Assembly: GCA_963849405.1 (NCBI GenBank)
Contig: CAWKHG010000005.1
Span: 714,480 to 778,479, forward strand
Direction of reading: 5' to 3'
Source of the DNA: an uncultured Chloroflexia bacterium
Lineage (GTDB): Bacteria > Chloroflexota > Limnocylindria > Limnocylindrales > CSP1-4
DNA: 64,000 nucleotides
Part shown: one piece after another, positions 31,911 through 42,223 of the stretch
Layout: every line of letters starts with the position of its first letter
Numbering within the stretch: position 1 is the first letter of the stretch
The notes under the pieces: model-generated
Told to the model about the DNA's origin: nothing
What the model saw: only the letters and a program-made list of their open reading frames with translations
Database searches by the model: none
Program-made: the position numbers and the translations under genes

Positions 31911-32957
31911 TCAGCTCGCCCGGAGCGTGTCGGCCAGCCAGAGCGTGAACGCCAGGCGCCGGCCCTCCTCGGTCGACGTCCCGCCGTCGGCACCCTTGAC
32001 GAGCACGTCGAGCGCGAACAGGCCGTCGAGCGCCTTCCGGAGCTCCGCCACGGTCCAGCGCACGCTCATCCCGGCCAGCTTCTCGGCCACGTACGGGCTC
32101 AACTTCGCGCCCTTCACGATCGCGGCCGGGTTCTCGCCCGCCGCCCGGCGGTCCGTCACGTCGAGGAGCTGCCGGACCCGCGTGTAGAGCTGGGCGACGA
32201 CGAGCGGCTCCGGCGTCGACTGGACGAGCCGGTCGAACATCGCGACGGCGAGCGGACTGCGGTTCCCGAGGGCGTCGAGGAACTCCCAGACCGAGCTCGG
32301 GTTCGCCTCCGCGACGAGCGCCCGCACGTCTTCGACCGTGACCTCGCCGCCGTCGATGTGGAGCAGGGCCAGCTTCTCGAGCTCGCCGACCGCCAGGCGC
32401 CCCTGGTTGCGGCGGTCGATGTCGCCGCCGGCGGCCCGTCCGCCGATCCGCGTCGCGAGCTCGTCGGCCGCGCCGGGCCCGAGCCGGACGCCCAGGTCCT
32501 TCGCCTGGCGGGAGATCCAGCCGGTCATGGACGCGCCGACGAGCGCGCGGTACTCCCCGGTCTCGCCGCCGGCCGTGCGGATCGCCTCGATGAGCGCCAG
32601 GCGCGTCGCGCCAAGGCCCTTCGACTTCGAGGGCATCTGGTCGAGCTCGTCGACGAACGCGAGCGCGTTGCCGGGCGCGACGGCTTCCAGGAGCTCGCGG
32701 ACGGCGTCCAGGCCGGCCTTCGAGCGGATGAGCGGCAGGGGGTTCGCGACGATCGCCAGGGTGCCGCCGCCGAACATCGTGGCGGTCGCGACGCGTTCGA
32801 GGATCGTTGCCGGCGTCGCGTCCATGCCGGTGGTCCGCCACCGTTCGAGGCGGACGTCCGAGCCTTCCGCGGCGGCGACCCGCTTGCCGAGCCCGACGGC
32901 GGCCTGCTCGAGGCCATAGCCGTCGTCGCCCCAGTAGTAGCCGAGCGCGGTCGTCAC
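31911..32957 (-). CDS. holA: DNA polymerase III delta subunit
   Basis: C-terminal ~348 aa of ORF 31911..33605, starting at GTG 32957 (VTTALGYYWGDDGYGLEQ...). Size and position next to comEC fit holA. The apparent N-terminal fusion to an HD domain is explained by an indel in the upstream gene. Confidence 0.75.
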   Translation of the reverse strand: MTTALGYYWGDDGYGLEQAAVGLGKRVAAAEGSDVRLERWRTTGMDATPATILERVATATMFGGGTLAIVANPLPLIRSKAGLDAVRELLEAVAPGNALAFVDELDQMPSKSKGLGATRLALIEAIRTAGGETGEYRALVGASMTGWISRQAKDLGVRLGPGAADELATRIGGRAAGGDIDRRNQGRLAVGELEKLALLHIDGGEVTVEDVRALVAEANPSSVWEFLDALGNRSPLAVAMFDRLVQSTPEPLVVAQLYTRVRQLLDVTDRRAAGENPAAIVKGAKLSPYVAEKLAGMSVRWTVAELRKALDGLFALDVLVKGADGGTSTEEGRRLAFTLWLADTLRAS

Positions 32958-32983
32958 GGGCGTGCCCGGGCGGCCGCAGGGCC

Positions 32984-33563
32984 TTAGCCCGTCCAGGGCA
33001 GGCGGCCCACGTCGTCGGGTGCGACGCCGGCGTTCGCGCACACGTCGGCCTCGAGGCCGGAGGGCCCGCTCCGCGACGGCCTTCCGGATCGCGGCATCCC
33101 AGCCCGGGCTGTCCGGGTAGCGGCTGGCCCACGAGGCGAAGCGAGCGCGCATCGGCTCGAGGCGCTGGCCGGCCCGCTTGTCTGCGTACGCGACGATCCT
33201 GGCGGCCAGGCCGGCGCCTCGGAGCCAGGCGTCGAAGGCCGTCCCGTCGACCAGTCGCGTGACCGGGTGGTCGGCCACGACCGGACCGAGCTCCGGGTGG
33301 CCGCGGCTCGTCAGCCAGGCGGCCGAGCCGTCGCCGTGGCGCAGCTTCCGGGCCGGGTCGCCCGCCGGCAGGAGCTTGTCCACGTCATGGAGCAGGGCCG
33401 CCGTCTCGACGAGCCGCCGATCGACCGCGTGCCCGCGGCCGGCAGCGCGCGCCGCGAGCCAGCCGGCGACCTCGGCGACCGCGCGCGCATGGCGCAGCGC
33501 CCAGGGCTGTGGGTCGAGGGAGAGGAGGAGGGCGGCGGCGTCCACCCGCCCGGGGACCGTCAT
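32984..33563 (-). CDS. HD-domain phosphohydrolase, one frame change near 33040
   Basis: MTVPGRVDAAALLLSL...HARAVAEVAGWL...AALLHDVDK...YADKR in the ORF 31911..33605 frame. After an indel, my own translation gives ...RLEADVCANAGVAPDDVGRLPWTG* with TAA at 32984-32986. Confidence 0.65.
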
Positions 33564-36276
33564 CGGCTCGATGGTACAGGCCGGCCGCCGGCCGGGCGCC
33601 GGCACGGCCGCTCGCCACGATGTGGGCGCCGTCCAGGCTCGGTGGCGGGGTGACCGGGATGGATCCTGGTCCGGGTGGTCGGGGTGCGGTTCGCGGCGTG
33701 GAACGGGCGATGGAGGGCGCGCCCACCGGGGGGCCGATGCCGCAGCGGTATGCGGCAGCCGCCACGCCGCCGTTGCTACTGCCTCCCGCCTGGGACCGTC
33801 CGCCTTCGGCGCGGGCGCTGGCCACGGTCCCGTCGAGCGTCACGTCCACCGTGCCGTCCTCGTCCGTGCGGAACACCTGGGCCCTGTGATCGCGCAACCT
33901 GCCGATGGTGGCCGGGGCCGGGTGGCCGTATGGGTTACGGGCACCCGCGGAGACGGCGGCGACCTTCGGCCGAACGGCGTCGAGGAAGGCGCCCGTGGAC
34001 GACGTCCGGCTGCCGTGATGGGCGACTTTCAGGAAGTCGACGGTCGGCAGGCCGCGGCCGAGGAGGATCGGGTCGATGTCCTCTTCGATGTCGCCGGCGA
34101 GGAGGAAGCGCTCGCGCCCGAAGGTTCCGAGGAGGACGATCGACACGTTGTTGATCCCCGTTCCGCTGTCGGCCGGCTCGGCCGGGACCGCGTCCCGGTC
34201 CGGCCACAGGACATCGAAGCGCACGTCGTCCAGCGTGAACGCATCGCCGGTCGCGAGCCGCGATGCGACGCGGCCCTCGGCGGCGAGCTCGGCGACCCAC
34301 GCCCGGTAGCCCGGCCCGGGTCCGCGCATCCCGGGTTCCACGACCCGTGAGACTCGGTATCGCTCGAGCAGCAGGGCCATGCCGGCGACGTGATCCTCGT
34401 GCGGGTGGGTCAGCACGAGGAGGTCGATCCGGCGATCCCAGGCCGGGACGTGGGCGTCGAGCGCGACGAGGAGGCGATCCGGATCGGGGCCGCCGTCGAT
34501 GAGCATGCGCGCGCCCCGGTCGGCGTCGACGAGGATCGCGTCGCCCTGCCCGACATCGAGCACCGTGATCCGGACCCGGCCGTCCGGGCGGTTGAGCGCC
34601 ACGGCTCCGAGGGCCGCCAGGAGGCCCGCGATCGCGACTGCCAGGATCCGCATCGTGCGGCCGGGGACGCGCCGCAGCACGTGTGCCGCCCGCCGGCCTG
34701 GCCGGAACCGGCACCGCGTCAGCCGCCGTCCGCAGCGCCGGTATCGTCGCGGCCCGCGGTCCCGGCCCGCGTCGCAGGGTGGCGCCGAGCCGCTGCCGTC
34801 CCTCGCGCCCGATCGCGACGAACAGCACCGCGCCGCCGGCCAGCGCCGCCACGACGAGATTGAGCGGCGGCGCGAGCGTCGCACTCGCGAAGGGCAGCGC
34901 CGCAGCCGCACGGACGGTCACGATCATCGCGGAGAGGGCAGCCCAGGCCGGCAACCCGAGGACCGTCGCGACCACGTCCGGCCCACCGGCCGACACGACC
35001 GCCCCCGCCCCCAGGGCCAGACCGCCCGCGGCCATCGCCGGCGCGACGACCGGCACGACGAGGAGGTTCACGAGCGGAGCGATGATCGGGACGCGGCCGA
35101 ACCAGGCGACGGCGATCGGGAGCGTGGCGAACTCGGCGGCGAGCGACACGCCGAACGACTCGCACAGCCAACCCGGCAGCCGGCCGCCGCGCCACGCCTC
35201 GAAACGGCGGGTGAGGGGCGTCGCCCAGGCGATGAGCCCTCCGGTCGCGGCGGCCGACAGGGCGAACCCCGCGTCGGTGATGAGCCCCGGTGCGGCGACG
35301 AGCAGGCCGACGATCGCCCAGCCCAGCGCCGCGGCGGCGCGCCCGCTCCGGCCCGACTCACGGGCGAGGAGGACGACGCCGGCCATGACCGCGGCCCGCA
35401 GCACCGACGACGATGCGCCGGTCAGGACCGTGTAGCCGACGATCGCGAGGAGCATCGCCAACGCGCGTCGACGGCGCGGCCAGGACCGAAGGAAGGCTGC
35501 GATCGTCGCGGCCACGATCGCGATGTTCCAGCCCGAGATGGCCACGACGTGGCTCACGCCGGCCGTCGTGAAGGCCGCAGCCAGGTCGCGGTCGACGCGA
35601 TCGCGCAACCCGATCAGGATCCCGGCCGCGAGTCCGGCCTGCGGCTCCGGCAGGGCGTGGGTCAGGGCCTCGTCGCCGGCCCGGCGGATGGCCTCGATCG
35701 TCGGCGGCCGGCCCACCGGCTTCGCCCAGGATCGAGAGGTCCGTCGCCCGCAGCGTCCCGTCGACTCCGATGCCGGCCAGGTAGCGCCCGTAGTCGTCGT
35801 CGCTGAGCGGCTCGATCCGACCTCGCGTGGCGATCGTCAGGCCCGGCCGCACCGCCGGATAGCGCGGCAGGGTGGCGGCGACCCGCACGACCGGCTGGTC
35901 GGGCGGCGACGGCCGTCCCGGTCTCCGGCGCGGGCATCAATGCGACCGTCGCGACCTGTTGCCCGTTCCGCGGCGGCCCGACGCTCTCCACCGTGCCGAC
36001 CCAGGAACCGCCGGCCCCGCCGGTGATCTCGGCGATCGGGACCGGCCGATCGATGGGCTCGAGACGCGACCCGGACCGCGACGAGCGTCGACCGCGGTCA
36101 GCATGGCCAGGGCGCCGGCGCGGTTCGTGCGCCGCCAGGACGAGCGCGCCGGCCAGCCCGAGACCCAGCCCGGCCAGGGCGCCGGTCCAGCCGTTCGAAG
36201 CGCCCATCGCCCGGGTCCCGGCGGCGGCGAGGGCGACGACGACCGCCCCGCTGGCGGCCCACCCGGCGCGCGGCAT
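33385..36276 (-). pseudogene. comEC: DNA internalization competence protein ComEC/Rec2, at least 3 frame changes
   Basis: N-terminus MPRAGWAASGAVVVALAAAG (ORF 35662..36492) and OB-like part (ORF 35358..35888). Competence domain GVSHVVAISGWNIAIVA (ORF 33935..35716). MBL domain VLDVGQGDAILV, THPHEDHVAGM, KVAHHGSRTSS (ORF 33385..34911). The 3' boundary is uncertain, because the frame runs on over the HD gene start. Confidence 0.85.
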
Positions 36277-37020
36277 CAGTGCACGACGACGAGCTCGCGA
36301 AGCTTCTCGAACGTGGCCGCCCCGACGAGCTTGCGGGTCTTCAGGTCCCCGACCGACCGGAACGGCTGTTCGTCCCGTGACGCGATGATCTTCGCGGCGG
36401 TCACCGGCCCGATGCCCGGCAGTGTGTCGAGCTGCGCCGCGGTCGCCGTGTTCAGGTCGATCGGCCCGGCGCCGCTCCCCCGGACCCGCCACCGGCGCCA
36501 GCGCCGGAGCCGCCGGCCGGCGCCGGGTTCGGCGACGGATCGTCGCGCGACGGGACCCGGATCTCCTCGCCGTCCTTCACGATCCGCGCCAGGTCCAGCT
36601 CGCGATCGGCCCGACCGGCGTCGACGCGCGGCGAGTAGCCGCCGGCTGCCGTGATCGCGTCCGCCACCCGGGCGCCCGACGCGAGCCGGTAGACGCCCGG
36701 ATGGACCACCGCCCCGGACATCTCCACCACGGGCCCAGCCGGGCCGATCGCGCCACCGGTCTGCGCGCTGCCGAGGGGATCTGCTCCCCGCCATCGGGCA
36801 GGGCCACCGTGGAGTGCGGTGCGGACAGCAGCAGGAACCCGACGACCGCGATCACCCCGACCGCGAGCACGATGGCGGCGGCCGTCCAGGCGACCGGTAG
36901 CGACAGCGGCGCCGGCGAACCGTCATGCGCTGGGTCGTCGATCGGCCGGTCATTCGTCGGCCCGCCGATCGCGGTGTCGGTCGCGTCGAAGACGCGCCAC
37001 GGCGCGGGGCGCGGATCCAC
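36276..37020 (-). pseudogene. comEA: ComEA-family DNA-binding protein (TM + SLBB + helix-hairpin-helix), 2 frame changes
   Basis: [21 protein letters not shown] (ORF 36577..37020, GTG start). [27 protein letters not shown] (ORF 36452..36730). Hh[27 protein letters not shown] (ORF 36276..36794). Its stop shares one base with the comEC ATG. Confidence 0.85.
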
Positions 37021-37071
37021 TGGGTCGCCTCCGCCGGCGGGCGGATCGGGCGGGGTCGGGCGGGGCGCTGT

Positions 37072-37113
37072 ACGGCCGTCGATGCCGGGGGCACTTCCGA
37101 TATCGACGGCCGT
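37072..37113 (-). terminator. perfect 12-bp inverted repeat hairpin (no U-tract) between the orphan gene and comEA
   Basis: ACGGCCGTCGAT (37072-37083) / ATCGACGGCCGT (37102-37113), 18-nt loop. Confidence 0.4.
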
Positions 37114-37171
37114 CGGGATGGACGTTACATGGCGTCGCTTAGCTGCGACTTATCGGAGCCTCGACCCCCGA

Positions 37172-38104
37172 TCAGGGCTGGTCGTCGGGTCCCTGGAGCG
37201 CCTCGATCTGGGCCTGCAGTCGTTCGATCTCGGCCTTGAGCGGGGCGATGTCGGCGTCACGATCCACGGCGGCCGCGAGCGCGCCCTTCGTCACCTTGAC
37301 CTTAGGGTCGTTGCTCGCGACGAAGAAGCCCGCCGAACCGCCGTCCGCGAGCCGCAGGAAGCCGTGGCCATGGGGAACCCGATCGTCGGACTGCTCGATG
37401 AAGGCCCGGGCGTCCACGTGCGCGCCGCCCGCCTTGATGATCGGCGTCGCCCGGCCGTTGGCCGTGAAGCGCGCGGTGCCGGCCTCGTAGCTGATCTCGA
37501 TGGGCGGGTCGATCACCTCGAGCGTCACCGTGGTCTGGGCCATGTTCGGACCTCCCTGACTGGGCGCTCCGCCCTCCTTCAATCCGAGCGCGTCGAAGCC
37601 GTTGGACCCGGCGAACGTGAAGAAGACGTCGTGCGGCATCTGGGAGCCCTTGTGCAGTCGCCCCGCCAGAGGGTCCGCGTGGAAGACGGTCTTGTCGTCC
37701 CGCCGGTTGAAGAACATCGCATGCAGGAAGTCCGACTTGGCCTGGAACCGCCGCTTCCGGGGAAGCGTGTCGTACATGCCGAACACGACGAGCGCGAAGC
37801 CATCGTCGAGCGCGTCCCGGATCTGCTGCTTGCCGTGGAAGCGGCGAGGCTCGAGGCCGTAGCGCTTGCGCAGGCCGACTTCGAGCTGGTCGAAGGTCAT
37901 GCCGCCTTCCGTGTCGCCGCTGTCGACCCGGAGTGCCTCGCGCTCGATCGCCGTGACCGGGATCGCGCCCAGCGTCGCGGCGTTGGCGATGTCGATGCCC
38001 GACGACGCGACGCAGTCGGCGATCTCGTCCGTGGGCACGACCCGGGTCAGCTCGGTGCAGAAGGGGCCCCGGTAGGGAGAGGGCAGTGGCGGCATGGCGC
38101 GCAA
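37172..38104 (-). CDS. hypothetical protein; possible papain-fold (C39-like) Cys/His peptidase domain + beta-rich middle + C-terminal coiled coil
   Basis: Intact ORF 37172..38104 (TTG 38104 or ATG 38095). Candidate nucleophile in IADCVASSG, His/Asp in FLHAMFFNRRDD...HADPL. C-terminal heptad-like APLKAEIERLQAQIEALQ. I recognise no confident family. Confidence 0.6.
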   Translation of the reverse strand: MRAMPPLPSPYRGPFCTELTRVVPTDEIADCVASSGIDIANAATLGAIPVTAIEREALRVDSGDTEGGMTFDQLEVGLRKRYGLEPRRFHGKQQIRDALDDGFALVVFGMYDTLPRKRRFQAKSDFLHAMFFNRRDDKTVFHADPLAGRLHKGSQMPHDVFFTFAGSNGFDALGLKEGGAPSQGGPNMAQTTVTLEVIDPPIEISYEAGTARFTANGRATPIIKAGGAHVDARAFIEQSDDRVPHGHGFLRLADGGSAGFFVASNDPKVKVTKGALAAAVDRDADIAPLKAEIERLQAQIEALQGPDDQP

Positions 38105-38116
38105 CCTAGCCGGGCG

Positions 38117-38551
38117 TCATCTCGGCGACGTCTCGGACCCGAGGCGCTCCCAGGGCACCCAGCGCGTGCCGTCCCACCAGCGGTGCCACGTCGTGCCGTC
38201 GCGACCCGGCGCGAACACGTCGAGGCGGTCCGGGCCCCACGATGAGGCCGCCGGCGTGCCGGTCAGCTCGCCGCCCAGCGACTCCCACGGATGCCACGAC
38301 GTGCCGTCCCAGTAGCGGTCCCACAGCTCGCCGTCCGGGAAGACCGCGAAGACCTCCATCCGGTCGACCGCCCAGGCCGTGACCGCGATCCCGCCGGCGA
38401 CCGTGCCGCCCAGGGACTCGGGCTCGGCCCAGCCGTCGTCGGTCAGGATCCGGTGCCAGACGGCGCCCTGGGCGTCGGCCCAGAAGAGGTCCGTCCGGCC
38501 GGGACCCCAGGAGACGGCCGCCACGCCGCCGGTCGCCCGCCACGTCGTCAG
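38117..38551 (-). CDS. DUF346/tectonin-like beta-propeller repeat protein (3 repeats, lectin-like)
   Basis: 3' part of ORF 38117..39487. Three repeats of about 43 aa: SWGPGRTDLFW...GWAEPESLGG / AWAVDRMEVFA...SWHPWESLGG / SWGPDRLDVFA...RWVPWERLG. No ATG; GTG 38524 or CTG 38551 are the only in-frame start options. Confidence 0.6.
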   Translation of the reverse strand: MTTWRATGGVAAVSWGPGRTDLFWADAQGAVWHRILTDDGWAEPESLGGTVAGGIAVTAWAVDRMEVFAVFPDGELWDRYWDGTSWHPWESLGGELTGTPAASSWGPDRLDVFAPGRDGTTWHRWWDGTRWVPWERLGSETSPR

Positions 38552-39487
38552 CCCGCCGCCAGCTTGGGCCGCACCTCTTGCGCGAACCGCGTCATCGACT
38601 CCTCGTCGTGCGGCGACGGGAAGCCGGCGATGAGGTGGTGGTAGCCGATCTCGGCGTAGGGCGAGAGCATCTCGACGATGTCCTCCGGCGTGCCGACCGG
38701 CTGGTCCTCCCAGAGGTCGGCCTTGCCGTTGTGCTCGAAGATCGCCTTCTGGACGCGCTTCGCCTCGGCCCGCGAGTCGCGGATGATCACGGAGCCGACG
38801 CCGGCGGTCCGCTCGATCTCGCGCTCGTCCCGGCCGAGCGCCTCGCAGTGCTGGCGCAGGATCTCCTCCTTGCGCTTGACGTTCGCGAAGCCGCCTCCGA
38901 CGTTGTTCGCGTCGGCGTACTGGGCGACGAGCCGGAGCGTGACCTTCTCGCCCCCGCCGCCCACGAGCAGGGGGATCCGCGGCTGCACGGACGGCGGCAG
39001 GTTGCGCACCTTCTTCGCGTGGTAGCGCTGGCCCGCGGCCGTCGGCTCGCTGCCCGCGAGCATGCCGCGCAGCACCGGCAGCGCCTCGCCGAGCCAGCGC
39101 AGCCGCTCGGGCGGGCCGCTCCCGAACTCGAGGCCGAAGGCCTTGTGCTCCGTCTCGAACCAGGCGGCGCCGATGCCCAGCACCGCCCGACCGCCGCTGA
39201 TGTGGTCGAGGGTCGTGGCCATCTTGGCGACGATCGGCGGCTCGCGGAACGTGTTGGCGCCGACCATGAGCCCGACCGTCACGCGCTTCGTGGCCATCGC
39301 CCAGGCCGTGATCGTCAGCCAGCCCTCCATGATCGGGCCCTTCGGCGACCCGACGATCGGGTAGAGGTGGTCCCACGTCCAGAGCGAGTCGTAGCCGAGC
39401 CGGTCGGCCCGCTTGCCCGGCCTCCAGCAGGCCCGCCCAATCCGTGTACTGGTTCCAGCAGTTGGCGCCGAGCTTCAGATCCGTCAT
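38548..39487 (-). CDS. LLM-class F420-dependent oxidoreductase, one or two frame changes near 39400
   Basis: N-terminus MTDLKLGANCWNQYTDWAGLLEAG in the ORF 38117..39487 frame. The rest is in ORF 38548..39330 (GANTFREPPIVAKMATTLDHISGGRAVLGIGAAW...). ATG 39487 overlaps the GT87 stop (ATGA). Confidence 0.8.
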
Positions 39488-40734
39488 GTCCCAAGTCTAG
39501 GTAACGGACGTGCATCCGGCAGGAGCGGTCTGCCCGCGAGGCGGACGAGGAGCCAGCCCAGGAAGACGATCAGCAGCGCGTTCCGGACGTTCAGGGTCAC
39601 GGCCATGAGCGGCTCGAGCTGCCAGAGCAACGCGTAGCTGACCGGATAGATGACCGTGGACAGGCTCACGATCGTGAGCGGGAGCAACCGCATCCGCCCG
39701 GGCAGGAAGGGCACGAGCGGCAGGAACCACACGATGTACTGGGCCGAGAAGACCTTGCTCGAGACGATCAGGGCGACGAGCACGGCCACGATCGCCATCG
39801 CCATCGTGGCGGGCTGGATGCGACCGTCCGCTGCCGCTTCGCGCCGGAACCGCAGGAGGGCGACGATCGCGACCACGGCCAGCGCCAGCACTTCCACGAC
39901 GGGCGTGGCCGCGACGATGGCGTCGGCGCCGGGAGCGATCACCTGGAGGGTGCCGAACGAGTGCTCGAGCCCGTACGGCTGGCCGGTCACGACGTGGAGG
40001 AGCAGAAGGACGCCGGATCCCGTGCTCTCGAGCTGGAGGCCGCGGTCGATCTCGTAGGTCACCCAATGGAGCGAGTCGCTGCCCGCCGCCACGAAAGCGA
40101 CGCCCATCACGACGCCGACGACGACCGCCGCCCCGCCGACGAGCCGCGCGAGGCCCGCCCAGTCGCGCATGGCTACGGAGCGGGCCGCGAGGATCGGCAG
40201 GACCACGAGCGGGAAGAGCTTGAGCATGGTGCCGACACCCAGGGCGACACCGGCGAGGCCCGGACGGCCCCATCCGATGGCCGCGAACGCGACGAGCACG
40301 GTCGCGGCCGGCCACAGGTCGTAACGCCAGGCGATCGAGCCGCCGGCCAGCAGCACGAGCAATGCCCAGGTGATGAGCCCCTGGACCCTGTTCGGCGCCA
40401 GCCGGCCGATGAGCCAGCCGACCAGGACGGCGAGGCCGCCCTCGATGGCCGCGAACAGCTGGATGCGGAGGTCGTCGCTGCCCGGCCCGAATGGCCAGAG
40501 CCGCGGCAGGGTCATCGGGACGAGGGCCAGCGGCGGATACTCGAGCGGGAAGTCGCGGTAGGGGACCGCTCCGGCCAGGAGCTGGGCGCTGTAGTCGAAG
40601 TAGACCCGCAGGTCGCTGGTGACGCCCACGAAGGCCGGCCCGGGCGTCAATGCGATCACCAGGAGCATGACCCCGAGCGGCGCGGCGAGCAGCCCGGCTG
40701 TCCACAGCCGGGATCGGTCGGTCGATCCCTCCAT
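39484..40734 (-). CDS. polytopic membrane glycosyltransferase, GT87/DUF2029-like
   Basis: Intact ORF 39484..40734. About 10 predicted TM helices. N-terminal loop VPYRDFPLEYPPLAL is typical of this family. Confidence 0.7.
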   Translation of the reverse strand: MEGSTDRSRLWTAGLLAAPLGVMLLVIALTPGPAFVGVTSDLRVYFDYSAQLLAGAVPYRDFPLEYPPLALVPMTLPRLWPFGPGSDDLRIQLFAAIEGGLAVLVGWLIGRLAPNRVQGLITWALLVLLAGGSIAWRYDLWPAATVLVAFAAIGWGRPGLAGVALGVGTMLKLFPLVVLPILAARSVAMRDWAGLARLVGGAAVVVGVVMGVAFVAAGSDSLHWVTYEIDRGLQLESTGSGVLLLLHVVTGQPYGLEHSFGTLQVIAPGADAIVAATPVVEVLALAVVAIVALLRFRREAAADGRIQPATMAMAIVAVLVALIVSSKVFSAQYIVWFLPLVPFLPGRMRLLPLTIVSLSTVIYPVSYALLWQLEPLMAVTLNVRNALLIVFLGWLLVRLAGRPLLPDARPLPRLGT

Positions 40735-40795
40735 CCGCGCCAGCTTACGGGAGGCGGCCCGCCCACCCGGATCGAGCGGCTAGGCTGTGACGGTC

Positions 40796-41530
40796 ATGAC
40801 CGGCCGTTCGTCGCCCATCGACCTCAACGCGGACGTCGGCGAGAGCTTCGGCCCCTGGCCGATGGGCCAGGACGCGGCGCTCATCCCGCTCGTCACGTCG
40901 GTCAACATCGCGTGCGGCTTCCATGCGGGCGATCCCGTGGTCATCGAGCGGACGATCCGCCTCGCGATCGCGTCCGGAGCGGCCATCGGAGCGCATCCCG
41001 GCTACCCCGACCGCGAAGGGTTCGGCCGGCGCGACCTCGCGATGAGCCCCGAGGAGCTCGAGGCCTCGATCCTCGTACCAGGTCGCGGCGCTCGCGGGCA
41101 TGGTCGCCGCGGCCGGCGGCACGCTCCGGCACGTCAAGGCCCACGGCGCGCTGTACAACCGCGCGGTCGGCGATCCGGCGGTCGCCGAGCCGATCGCCCG
41201 GGCCGTGCGCCGCATCTCGCCGGACCTCGTGCTCGTCGGCCTGCCGGGATCCGAGCTGCTCAGGGCCGCGGAGGGATGGGTTTGCGGGTCACCGGCGAGG
41301 GCTTCGCCGACCGCGCCTACGAGCCCGATGGCACGCTCCGCTCGCGCCGCCTGCCCGACGCTGTCCACACCGACCCGGCGATCGCGGCCGCCCAGGCGGT
41401 CACCCTCGCGAACGACGCGCGGTACGCGACCCTGTGCATCCACGGCGACACCCCGGACGCGCCGGGGATCGCCCGGGCCGTGCGGGCCGCGCTCGAGGCG
41501 GCCGGCCATCGCGTCGCGGCGCCTGCCTGA
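40796..41530 (+). pseudogene. pxpA: 5-oxoprolinase subunit A (LamB/YcsF), 2 compensating frame changes
   Basis: [31 protein letters not shown] in ORF 40787..41530. Middle [11 protein letters not shown] in ORF 41100..41546. Tail GEGFADRAY...CIHGDTP is back in the first frame. Confidence 0.85.
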
Positions 41531-41542
41531 GGGCCTGCGGCG

Positions 41543-42223
41543 ATGAGCGCCCGACGCGAGCCGGCGATCGAGCCATTCGGCGAGGCCGCGTTCCTCGTGG
41601 TCCTCGGCGGGGGGATCGGCCCTGCGTCGAGCACCCGGGTCCACGCCCTCGCGGCGGCCGTCCGCGCCGAAGCGGACCGCGGGATCGCCTGGGGCCACCC
41701 GGTGCCGTCGTACGAGTCGGTCCTCGTTCCCTTCGACCCCGACGTGCTGGAGGCGGACGCGGCCGTCGCCCGCCTCTCGGCGCTCGCCGAGGCAGTTGGT
41801 ACGGCCGCGGACGCTGCCCCGGACCGCCGGCCGATCGTCGAGATCCCGACCCGCTACGGCGGGCCGGACGGCCCGGACCTGGACGAGGTCGCCGAACGGC
41901 TGGGTCGCTCACCGGCCGAGGTCGTCGCGCTGCACGCCGCTCGGGTGTACGTCGTGCACATGCTCGGGTTCTCGCCCGGCTTCGCGTACCTCGGGACGTT
42001 GCCGCGATCGCTCGCCGTCCCTCGGCGTGAGGTCCCGCGGACGCACGTGCCCGCCGGCAGCGTGGCCATCGCCGCCCGCCAGACCGCGGTCTACCCGACC
42101 GCCTCGCCAGGCGGCTGGAACCTCATCGGGCGCACCGAGGCGGTCCTCTGGGATCCTCTGCGGGACCCGCCGACGCCGCTCGGACCGGGCCGCCGGGTGC
42201 GCTTCGTGCCGCTGCCCGGCTGA
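41543..42223 (+). CDS. pxpB: 5-oxoprolinase subunit B (KipI / allophanate hydrolase subunit 1)
   Basis: Intact ORF 41543..42223. VYVVHMLGFSPGFAYLG, TAVYPTASPGGWNLIGRT. Confidence 0.85.
   Translation: MSARREPAIEPFGEAAFLVVLGGGIGPASSTRVHALAAAVRAEADRGIAWGHPVPSYESVLVPFDPDVLEADAAVARLSALAEAVGTAADAAPDRRPIVEIPTRYGGPDGPDLDEVAERLGRSPAEVVALHAARVYVVHMLGFSPGFAYLGTLPRSLAVPRREVPRTHVPAGSVAIAARQTAVYPTASPGGWNLIGRTEAVLWDPLRDPPTPLGPGRRVRFVPLPG

Noticed and set aside
31911-33605. 564-aa ORF that looks like an HD-domain/HolA fusion.
   Set aside because: A 1-nt shift near 33040 yields a plausible HD-protein C-terminus (...GVAPDDVGRLPWTG) with TAA at 32984. A GTG start for holA follows at 32957. The junction in the fused frame is Arg-rich nonsense.
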